This document shows, in pieces, positions 1-10,481 of a stretch of 47,729 nt of DNA. The stretch is taken from assembly GCF_001194135.2 (NCBI RefSeq), contig NC_068985.1, forward strand, positions 38,710,108 to 38,757,836. The letters run 5' to 3'. Each line of letters begins with the position of its first letter. Positions within the stretch are counted from its first letter, which is position 1. The notes under the pieces were generated by a model. It did no database searches, had not been told where the DNA came from, and saw only the letters and a list, made by a program, of their open reading frames with translations. The DNA comes from Octopus bimaculoides. Its lineage: Eukaryota. A program made the translations under genes and the position numbers.

Positions 1-32
<32 letters not shown>

Positions 33-48
33 AATATATATATATATA
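1..48. repeat. (TA)n microsatellite
   Basis: Direct reading of the sequence. Confidence 0.95.
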
Positions 49-51
49 TTT

Positions 52-152
52 AACAATTTATAGAAAACAATAGACGAAGGCAGGTGAGGGAACAACAAGC
101 AGGTGTATTAGTTTAATGTTGTTTGATGTTTCGAGCTTACGCTCCTCGACAG
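52..152 (-). mobile_element. Short dispersed repeat with hammerhead-like motif, probably Penelope-derived and non-autonomous (copy 1)
   Basis: Aligns by eye to 14879-15000 (caattt..agaaa.caa..gacgaag.cag.tg....aaca..aagcaggt.tattagtttaa), with a deletion of about 20 nt. The minus strand reads CTGTCGA-G-GAGC-GTAA-GCTC-GAAACATC. Confidence 0.55.
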
Positions 153-244
153 TAATATATATGACGAGGTATGGTTGCATCAAGCATTGACTACATGTTT
201 ACCGCATGTAGGACGATTTCAAGGTAAATGACCACGAAACGTAT

Positions 245-311
245 TCATCATCATTATCATCATCATCATGATCATCATCATCATCATCATCATCATCACC
301 ATCATCATTAT
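245..311. repeat. (CAT)n microsatellite
   Basis: Direct reading. Confidence 0.9.
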
Positions 312-1639
312 CAAATTTATCAACAGCAACAACAACTTCGTTTAAAGCCAGTTTCAGCCGTCATTATTATACTATGATAGGCAAAGCAATATGGTTGCTT
401 CTTGTTATAAGTGTATCGGTGTTTTGAGTTTTTCATACTTATTTTGCTTGTAGTTTTGTCGTTTTACTTCCTCTTTACTACATTAAAACTTCCAACGTAT
501 AAGTAGATTATTGTATATTACTTACTACCCACTCAACACATCTTCCTCCCATTAATACTGCTCTGCAGCATCTTCTTTTATCTAGAAGACGATCTCTCCC
601 CACAATCTATGAAAAAAATATTGATACATTGAAAGAGTTGCTGAATAACAACAGTTAATATTTCTGTAATGTACATTTTAGTGCTGCGGCTGCTGTAGCT
701 TCATTTGCGTTCGACCGTTCAGCACTGATGGACGCATTCTATTCAATAGGCTTCTCAACTTAACGGAGCATACGGCTCGAGCTTCGGATTGAGAAGGTAT
801 TGTTGGTCGTTTTGTAAAGTAATGATATCAATAGATTATTGGATATCGTTATTTTACTGGAAATATCAATACACACATATACATACGATAAAACTAATTG
901 CATGCTAAACATCTACGTATATAGACAATCATATATAAAAATTAATACATAAGTATTTACATAGGCATACACGAATACATGCATATGACTACAAACACAC
1001 ATGTATGGGTAAGTTTAAGAATATTCATAAGTATATACATCTGGATGTGGTGTATTTATGTGTACACATAGAAAGTTACACATACATATGCATATATGTT
1101 TTTATGTAATTTATATACTTATATATACATACATACATACATATATACGTGTGTGTGTGTCTGTGTGTGAATATATATGTGTGTGTATGCATGCATATTA
1201 TATATATATATACATATACATATGCAGCCAGCAATGCATAGACAAACATATATACATATATTTATAATGTCGGAATGGATTCATTCTGTATCGATTTTTA
1301 CTTTGCTTTATATTGCAGTTGCAGCTGTACACATTGCAAAGATTTGCTCGAACAGGTTGAGTCAGATATTGTAAACAATATAACAAAAGCCTGAAAATAT
1401 GCAACTTGTAAATCCCTTAGCTGACAATTAGTCATACAGTTTGATATTTAGACTAGAAAAATATAATTATCAGCAGGTTTGAAATTTTGTAATAAACTAC
1501 ATAGTTAAATATTTATGCATGTGCGTATGTATTAATGAAATTATGTATGAAGGTATATATATGTACGTGCGTATGTATGAATGCATCTAAGTATTATGTA
1601 TGTATGTGTTCAAATATACATACGTATGAGCATTTATAT

Positions 1640-1648
1640 ATTTATACG

Positions 1649-1681
<33 letters not shown>

Positions 1682-1690
1682 TTGTGCGTG

Positions 1691-1750
<60 letters not shown>

Positions 1751-1998
1751 GGGAGAGAGAGGGAGAGAGTGAGAGAGATTTATATATATATATACCTATA
1801 TATATACTAGAGAGAGAGAGAAAGAGNNNNNNNNNNNNNNNNNNNNNNNNNNNNNNNNNNNNNNNNNNNNNNNNNNNNNNNNNNNNNNNNNNNNNNNNNN
1901 NNNNNNNNNNNNNNNNNNNNNNNNNNNNNNNNNNNNNNNNNNNNNNNNNNNNNNNNNNNNNNNNNNNNNNNNNNNNNNNNNNNGAGAGAGAGAGAGAG

Positions 1999-2029
<31 letters not shown>

Positions 2030-2170
2030 ATAAGTAGATGGATAGATTAGTTAGATAGACAGACAGAAGTCAGACAGACAGATAGATAGATAAATAGATA
2101 CATACGCATATGTTTGTGTATATATGTGTGTGTGTCTTTGTGTGCGTGTGTGTGTGTGTGTGTGTGTATG
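1640..2170. repeat. Compound (TA)n/(GA)n/(GATA)n/(GT)n tract spanning gap 1827-1983
   Basis: Direct reading. Confidence 0.9.
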
Positions 2171-2176
2171 TATAAT

Positions 2177-2398
2177 TACGAGGGGTTGCTGAAAAGTTTC
2201 ACGGCTTAAGGTAAAAGAAAATAAAAGGGGATCAGTTAATATTGATTTTATTCAACATATTCCCCCTTTCAGATTTGCACACTTATTGCAGCGGTCCTTC
2301 AGATTTTCTAAGACGTACAAAGGAACTCAGAAAGTTGGGCGTCCAAACAAGTCATTCGCGATAGTCTCAAACGGGGAAATTTTCAGTACCCCCTCGCA
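2177..2398. mobile_element. Tc1/mariner-type MITE (copy 1)
   Basis: Left end tacgaggggttgctgaaaagtttc and right end gaaattttcagtaccccctcgca are imperfect inverted repeats with TA-like ends. The interior (attcaacatattcccc...ttattgcag...ttttctaagac) is homologous to 12956-13178. Confidence 0.8.
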
Positions 2399-3835
2399 TA
2401 TACTTACATACAAATTTACTCACTTCATTTGATGAAGTATTTTTACACTATTTTTTACAGAAAATATATATCTACTATTTTTTTTTAGTTACAGAATTTC
2501 TCGTCATACTTTTTACTAATTAGGCGAAGCTTAAATCTTTTCAAACATTTTCTTTTCAACCATTAAATTTTTTCAACCATTTTCTTTCTTCTTTTTTTTC
2601 ATTCTACGTCCTTGCAATCAACATTAACTTTTTCCATATATTATATGAAGTTTTTTATGCCCTCTTATTAACTATTATTTTGTTATAGTGCAGTGCATTT
2701 CTATCAAGCGAAGTATGCTTTATCAACACCACAATATTGTTAAATATAATAAACTATTAGAAGCTGTTGGAATTTTGGAACAGCAGTAGAATTATTCCCT
2801 CTATGCACACTATGTTTAACAAACATTATGACTTAAAGCAAACAGTTACAATCCAATGATGAATGTGAAGCAGCGATGTAATTCTAATTAAAGAGAAAAA
2901 TCCTCTCGCAGCGACGAAATACGCGTCGATATAAAGCACCAGACACAATTCTCTTTAGGTATGTGTTTTTCTTTGTTTGCTACAATTTTCTTCGTTGCTG
3001 CAATTTTTATAATAATAGCATAACAAAGATGTGTTAAATAAAAATGTCTGGCAGGCGTTTATATTCCGCTAACAGAAAGTGAATTTTAAAAGTCCATGAT
3101 GATTTCTCACTTTATTTATCTGAAAACAACAATTTCGTTTTCCCGTTTACATTTTAGGAACTAAGTATGGTAAACAATTACAATAATGATTATAGAGATT
3201 TTTTTTATGTAGGTATATAATATGAATTGAGAAGCAATGTGTTTGGAAGCATATGCTCAACGGATGCTGTTCTGTAGTATTTTCCAAATCAGCCATTTCA
3301 AATTCACTAATTGAGCAGAAAAATCAATTGTGTCCTTAAGATAATAGTTCGTGTTCAGAAAACACTAATTAGTTAGGCTTTCGGGATATATGGAATTGCT
3401 ATAATGACAACAAAAATTTATTTATGTAACTTTTGAAGTCACTCGGACATATAATCAACATAGAATTTACTAATTTGCAATGTCTTAGTATCTTGTGCAT
3501 GATTAGCTCCTAACTATATCAATATCTATCATCGCAATGTCTCGTTAACTCTGAGCGCATAAATCTGTACATATAAATCAGCAAAAATTTGTAAATATTT
3601 TTGTAAAATCATTTATCAATTCATCAAGTGATTAAAAAAATGGAATCCGCATCGTTATATGTAATTTTAATAAATTATATTTTCGTTCTTCTAATACTTT
3701 CATCTATTTTCAATCTTCTTTTTTAACCCCATGTCAGCAAAATTTCAGTAGGATTGTTGTCAGAAACATTCCATCCATAACCCTCTAGTCCTTTTTGTCA
3801 GTCATGTTATACATATAAATACGCTATCTAATAAA

Positions 3836-3893
3836 AATCGACTGGCCACCCTCCCCCAAAATTTCGAGCCTTGTGTCACGAGTAGATAAGAAT
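3836..3893 (+). mobile_element. SINE group A, 3' tail fragment
   Basis: aatcgactggccaccctcccccaaaatttcgagccttgtgtcacgagtagataagaa matches 5817-5873. Confidence 0.7.
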
Positions 3894-4063
3894 TTAGTTT
3901 CTATTTCTAGTCGGACGAACATCTGACAAAAACATTCATCCGTTTTATCTATGGTGTGCTATTAAGCATGCCACGTGCTCATGCAGACTGAAATGCCATC
4001 CAGGTGTTTATATTATTCATTCATTTCCCTGCCTAGCGATTCAGTCTCGCCACATTCTTATAT

Positions 4064-4232
4064 AGGTAAAGGTAAAGTCCTCCCTTGCTCATGAATGACC
4101 ACGGGACCGCAGCTAGAAAGTTACCCTCCGAGGTAAAAGTCTGGGCAAGGTTTCTTTATGCATTCTATCCTCTCCTCTCCACCGATGTTATCCAAGAATA
4201 AGTACAGGCTGATATAATTTGGAACCAGTAAC
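4064..4232 (-). mobile_element. SINE 3' portion ending in (ACCTTT)n-type tail
   Basis: The minus strand ends ggactttacctttaccta. The body resembles a cephalopod dispersed repeat from my recollection; the head is missing. Confidence 0.5.
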
Positions 4233-5441
4233 GTCGCAACTAATTTATATATATATATATATATNNNNNNNNNNNNNNNNNNNNNNNNNNNNNNNNNNNN
4301 NNNNNNNNNNNNNNNNNNNNNNNNNNNNNNNNNNNNNNNNNNNNNNNNNNNNNNNNNNNNNNNNNNNNNNNNNNNNNNNNNNNNNNNNNNNNNNNNNNNN
4401 NNNNNNNNNNNNNNNNNNNNNNNNTGTATATACATACATACATACACACACGCATATATATATATATATGCGTGTGTGTTATATATATATATATATAACA
4501 TTGTGTCAATCAATCACTCTGTCCTTCTCTTTTTCCCTCTCTCTGTATCTCTCTCTTTTCTCTCTCAGTGTATGTGCGTGCGTGTGTCTGTGTATGTGTG
4601 TGTGTGTGTCTGTATATTTGCGTGTGTGCGCGTATAATTGCAACAAGCTAGTCTAACCACCAAGTCACTTTCCCGTGAAATTACTACGGAAACGATGTTA
4701 ACATTCCACTTAATTGCCACTTGAAATTCAATGTATTGAAAGTGACAAGTGCCTCAGTTTCGCTGCAGATAGCTATGAGGGAACAGGTATCTAATTACAG
4801 TACGTCGTAAAGGTAGCTAAACGCAATATTTCAGTCTAAACTGTTTAGTAATTATCTTTCTACTTTAAAAATAAACTTAGTTTTCTTTTTTCTGTTTAAA
4901 AGCTGCATCGAAATATTTTCACTTCTATTTATTTAGTCATCGATTTATTTGCATTTTATTTATTTATTTTATCAAAGGGAAAGATAATATAAGCAATTGA
5001 TTTGATCCCGCTGTCTTAATCTTACTTTTATACGTTAACACTGCCCAGTCAATAGGGGAAGAGCGCTGCATCTTATATATCAATTTTCCTATGAATAATA
5101 TAAAAAAAAATAAAGACTACCCTTGCAATGTAATACTAAACACTGCATAACCATCGCTATTTATCGGTTAAATCATACAGAATTTTCATCAGTGTTGTTG
5201 ACGTTTCTGATTTGCATTTACGATAGAATAGATTATGTACAATTCAAGTTAATCTTGAAAGATAACTGTATCGTGCATATCTTGTAAATGCCATTAAGGA
5301 AAATGATAGAACATACTTTAACACACCATCAGATGTGGTGTTCTGTTCAGTATAATGAACTGACTGACATAAGCTAAATGTCTTTATAAATTACACACGT
5401 ACTCTATCAGAATAATCTTCTGCTTCAATATATGTCAACGT

Positions 5442-5874
5442 AAGACGGCGAGCTGCCAGAAACGTTAGCACGCCGGGTGAAATGCTTAGCAGTATTTCGT
5501 CTGCTGCTACGTTCCGAGTTCAAATTCCGCCGAGGTCGACTTTGCCTTTCATCCTTCGGGGTCGATCAAATAAGTACCAGTTACGCACTGAGGTCGATAT
5601 AATCGACTTAATCCGTTTGTCTGTCCTTGTTTGTCCCCTCTGTGTGTAGCCCCTTGTGGGCAATAAAAAAATAAGAAACGTTAGCACGAAGGTAATATGC
5701 TTAGCGGTATTTCGTCCGTCTTTACGTTCTGAGTTCAAATTCCGACGAGTTCGACTTTGCATTTCATCCTTTCGGAGTCGATAAATTAAGTACCAGTTGC
5801 GTACTGGGGTGGATCTAATCGACTGGCCCCCCTCCCCCAGAATTTCGGGCCTTGTGCCTAGAGTAGAAAAGAAC
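5442..5874 (+). mobile_element. Dimeric tRNA-derived SINE (group A + A') with target-site duplication
   Basis: Two homologous units, both with B-box-like gagttcaaattcc (5516-5528 in unit 1). They are flanked by the direct repeat atatgtcaacgtaag at 5430-5444 and 5875-5889. Confidence 0.9.
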
Positions 5875-5886
5875 ATATGTCAACGT

Positions 5887-6107
5887 AAGGTGGCGAGGTG
5901 GCACAATCGTTAGCACTCCGGGCGATATGTCTACCGATATTTTGTCTATCTTCACATCCTGAGTTCAAATTCCACCGAAGTTGAATTTGCCTTTCATCTT
6001 TTCCAGGGTTGATACAATAAATGCCAGGTAAATACCGGTGTCAATGTAATCGACTTGCCCATCGCCAGAAATTGCTAGCCTTGTGCCTAAATTTAAAATC
6101 GGTATTA
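5887..6107 (+). mobile_element. SINE group A, older full-length copy
   Basis: Head aaggtggcgaggtggcacaatcgttagcac, B box gagttcaaattcc, tail aaattgctagccttgtgcctaaattt. Confidence 0.85.
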
Positions 6108-6656
6108 TATATCAAAGTATGAGTAAAGTTATGGATATTTAACGAGTTTATTGCTGAACCGATCCATGTTTTAAATTCTTTGGATTTGAAAGTCTTGTAT
6201 TTTTATACAGCGGACTATTTTCTTTGCGAATATGGAACCTATAATATATTTCATTGATCTGACAGCATGTGATTATAAGCTTACAACAATAAGATGTATT
6301 CTTGAGACAGTGTACTAATTGTTCAATTCCGTGAATCTCCTTATGTATAATATAATATTTAGTCACATTTCTTTAAAATACTTAACTCCTTGATTTGAAA
6401 GATTGAGAAGTATACAAGACAGTGGATGTATAAAAAAATATAAACAGAAATACGTGACAAGGTGGTTTAATCTCAAGGTAAATCTTCGTGGTCTGTCATA
6501 ACAACAAACTTAAACACAAGCCGTTCCCAAGGTATTCGCTGCTCCTCGGCCTTCCCGTACTGGAAACCAAGCACCTGCGTATTAACCGCACCTACGTCAT
6601 CCTTAGTTTCCAACAAAGCAACCGGCCTTTCAAAATCACATCATCTATTGCTTCCT

Positions 6657-6688
6657 CTACTACTACTACTACTACTACTACTACTAAA

Positions 6689-6731
<43 letters not shown>

Positions 6732-6735
6732 CTGC

Positions 6736-6766
<31 letters not shown>

Positions 6767-6993
6767 NNNNNNNNNNNNNNNNNNNNNNNNNNNNNNNNNN
6801 NNNNNNNNNNNNNNNNNNNNNNNNNNNNNNNNNNNNNNNNNNNNNNNNNNNNNNNNNNNNNNNNNNNNNNNNNNNNNNNNNNNNNNNNNNNNNNNNNNNN
6901 NNNNNNNNNNNNNNNNNNNNNNNNNNNNNNNNNNGGTGGTTGTAGTAGTAGTAGTAGTAATAGCAGCAGTAGCAGCGGTGGTGGTGGTAGTAT

Positions 6994-7038
<45 letters not shown>

Positions 7039-7066
7039 CAGCAGTAGCAGCGGTGGCGGCGGTGAC

Positions 7067-7097
<31 letters not shown>

Positions 7098-7214
7098 GCA
7101 GCAGTAGCAGCGGTGGCGGTGGCGACGGTAGTGGTGGTAGCAGTAGTGGTAGTAGTAGCAGCGACGGCGACGGTGGTGGTGGTAGTAGTAATAGTAGTAG
7201 TAGCAGCAGCAGCA
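6657..7214. repeat. Compound trinucleotide tract (TAC/TAA/GTA/GCA/GGT/GGC) spanning gap 6767-6934
   Basis: Direct reading. It explains the poly-S/G/V/L/T/Y ORFs in the track. Confidence 0.95.
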
Positions 7215-7379
7215 GTATTTGTAGGGAATAAGCCAACCACTCACTCAAGAATGAAACAGGTGAACCGGCCACCCACCAGACCGTCAAACTAACTGACTGA
7301 CCAGCCTTCCAGCAATCAGACTAGTCATCCCACACCTGTAAACACCCTTTCAAATCAATGCAAAACAAAGCAAGCACCA

Positions 7380-7790
7380 CCTGTTCCCTGATTGGAGAAT
7401 CATTGAAAAGGAAATCCTGAAAAGATTCCACAATAAAACTATGCTTCATCTTTTCTATTGATTGAATTGATTATTATTTAATCGAAGATAAAATAGTAGC
7501 GGAAACTGGTTCGGTGGTTCATTTTGACTCGCAGCATAGTAGTACAGTAAACGTCCACGTGTAGGTGTGAGACAATAGCCGCCAGCACCATCATGTTTCA
7601 GTATTGTTCTGTATTGTATACGCTGACACGTCATCATTGGTTAACATGAAGGCTTAGTAATTGTTTAATTTTGTGGAAACGAACGTTTGCGCAAGAAGCC
7701 CGGAGCGAGTATAAAATGCGATGGTGACTCGATTGCAAATTGAAAGCAAATGTACTTTACTTACGTGACTAATACCATTGCGAAACTGAT
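7380..7790. promoter_or_regulatory. Candidate promoter or enhancer motif cluster
   Basis: ATTGG (reverse CCAAT) 7391 and 7636; CACGTG 7556-7561; AGGTGTGA 7563-7570; CRE-like TGACACGTCA 7624-7633; TTGCGCAA 7687-7694; TATAAAA 7710-7716. Motif matching only. Confidence 0.3.
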
Positions 7791-8411
7791 TGAATGTCAC
7801 ACCAAGTGATACATGAAATTGTGTATTATTACGGAATGTTGTAAATACGCTTAAAAATATCGTAACTTGTTGTAGTAGATAATATAATAAAAGAACTTCA
7901 GCTATCTGTTACAATGTAAATATTTAACGTTGTAACATATTTGATAAATCGATCGTGATTAGAATTATTTATATGCGATGAGTAATAGCTATAATGGCAT
8001 TGAAGTCACGACTGATAATATAGTTTCCACGTCATTTTATGATTTTATGGTTCTATATGCGATTACACTGCAATTAGCTTTTAACTCGAGTCTATGATCG
8101 ATGTAATATACACTGTAATTATCCTTTAAGTAATACCATAAAACAGGGTCATTTATTCAATAATTTCCTCATTATTAACAGCTTGCATTATTGACTTATC
8201 AAATATGTAAAGACAATTCAGATTCTGTTGAAACCTGGGAACTTTCAAATAAGAATTACTCTCTTGTATTATGATATATTTTGTTTATTTATATCATCGT
8301 GATCGTTAAAACCCGGGCCAGCTCTGAAACAGTATACTCTTTATAAAAGCGTTCCGATCATAACCAGCCAGTATTAATTGGAAACAATGTATTTAAGATT
8401 ACATAATTTAC

Positions 8412-8757
8412 TATTATTATTATTATTATTATTCAGTAGTTTTATTTTTATAACGTGCTTTCACTTCACTACCGAGCGCAGCTCTGTGCGCCTTGGGTAT
8501 GTACTGTGGTTTGCTGTGGCGCTCTTATGTTTACTGTATTGAACGTGTTTTGCGTAGGATGTGTGCAGTACCCAGTAGTGCAATTTTCTGTATGTTATAT
8601 ATATTTGTAAGTCCTGCTATTTTGTTATGTATTTGTCTGAATATTTTTTTATTATACCTAAGGCACCTACTATGATAGGAATTGTTTCTGTTTTTAGATT
8701 CCACATTCGAGTTATCTCTATTTCCAGGTTTTTGTATTTTGAAAGTTTTTCCATTTC

Positions 8758-8798
<41 letters not shown>
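8412..8798 (-). mobile_element. R4/Dong-like non-LTR retrotransposon, 5'-truncated 3' end, within (TAA)n
   Basis: RLE C-terminus plus a 3' UTR of about 95 bp, with (ATT)n at 8412-8432 and 8761-8798. Confidence 0.85.
8531..8760 (-). pseudogene. Frameshifted restriction-like endonuclease C-terminus
   Basis: KEMEKLSKYKNLEIEITRMWNLKTETIPIIVGALGIIKKYSDKYITK, frameshift, then AGLTNIYNIQKIALLGTAHILRKTRSIQ*. Homologous to ORF 16500-16886. Confidence 0.85.
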
Positions 8799-9049
8799 NN
8801 NNNNNNNNNNNNNNNNNNNNNNNNNNNNNNNNNNNNNNNNNNNNNNNNNNNNNNNNNNNNNNNNNNNNNNNNNNNNNNNNNNNNNNNNNNNNNNNNNNNN
8901 NNNNNNNNNNNNNNNNNNNNNNNNNNNNNNNNNNNNCAATGCACGTGGCAAGCAGCTACGTACTTAAGTGTCTTATAATAAATCTTCTATTTTAGTTTAT
9001 AAAGAAGTTATTTATCTATCAGTTTGTCTATCTATCTACTGTCGGTTCG

Positions 9050-9087
<38 letters not shown>

Positions 9088-10254
9088 GAGAGAGAGAGAG
9101 GGGGGGAATGTGTGTGCGTGTATACATTTATAATTAGAGACCCAGGTGCCAAATATATGAAAGTGCACGTGTGTGTATGCGTACATATAAACATATGAAC
9201 ACGCACATGCACACACACAGTCAGCACACTCATAACTACTTATTCGTGTTTACTTGCACGTATGTATTATCGATAACACCTGATGTCTGCAACACCACGC
9301 CGTTAAATTTGTTGTTTATATTTAGTATCTCAATTAATGCGATAGACGTTCTTGCTTCTTTCCAGCCAGAAATATGATCAGCGAGGAAAAGAAGTCGTAT
9401 TAGCACCATGGGTGACCGGACTTACACACAATGTCTTTATTTTAAATTTCAATGCAGATATCCAATACGGCTAACTAGGTAGAGTACTTCAGCTTGCAAC
9501 ACATCTACTGTAATCAATGCTATTGTGGGCTGCTGACAATGACTTCTGAGACCCTTTTCTATAAAGACTACAGATTGTTTCTTATCATCTCCACATCAGC
9601 GTGGTAGGTCGGGAATCCATTGGAATGAGTCTGCTACTTCGATGGCAATACGGAATGACTGAAGCAGCACAACTTCACTGGATACATGGAAAGTTCGGAA
9701 CCAGTGTCAGCCCTGAATAAGGTGATTACAAATGATGCCGAGGCTCTTTCAACGACCAGAATAGAAAAAGTTGCACCAGAATTCATCACGGCTGCAATTA
9801 TTGCTGAATGATCGCTTCGAAATACGTGTAACAGCAGCAACAATATAGAAGCAAGGAGCGTGATGGTGAGCGGTTAACAAACTCAGTACCCGACTTTCGG
9901 TAGGTATTAACAGTGATAATGAGTCTTATACATTGCAAATATGCCCAGTACATCTCTTTCAAATCTCACTCATCCGTCTTAAATCTGATAGGAGACATTG
10001 CAAAATAGACTACAATGAATATGCCTAAATACACGTCCATGTACATGTACATATAGGCGTGTATGAGTGGGGGAATAAATGAACACAACTGTCATGAGTA
10101 TATGTCATGTATGCATACACATGCATACATGACACATACTCATTATATATATATGCGTACATACATATACAAATGTATATATATATATATATATATATAT
10201 ACATACATATATATTTAATATATGAACACACTCATATATGTATACGTATATATG

Positions 10255-10290
<36 letters not shown>

Positions 10291-10366
10291 NNNNNNNNNN
10301 NNNNNNNNNNNNNNNNNNNNNNNNNNNNNNNNNNNNNNNNNNNNNNNNNNNNNNNNNNNNNNNNNN

Positions 10367-10409
<43 letters not shown>

Positions 10410-10481
10410 AACATGTAACTATGTATATGTATATCAAGATAGATAGATAGACACACAGACAGACATACAGACAGATAGATA

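Noticed and set aside
1058-1810. YI/CV/HT/RE-rich ORFs here and throughout the window
   Set aside because: They are dinucleotide microsatellite translations.
6488-7292. Long ORFs rich in S/G/V/L/T/Y
   Set aside because: They are translations of a compound trinucleotide repeat and an N gap, open in most frames.
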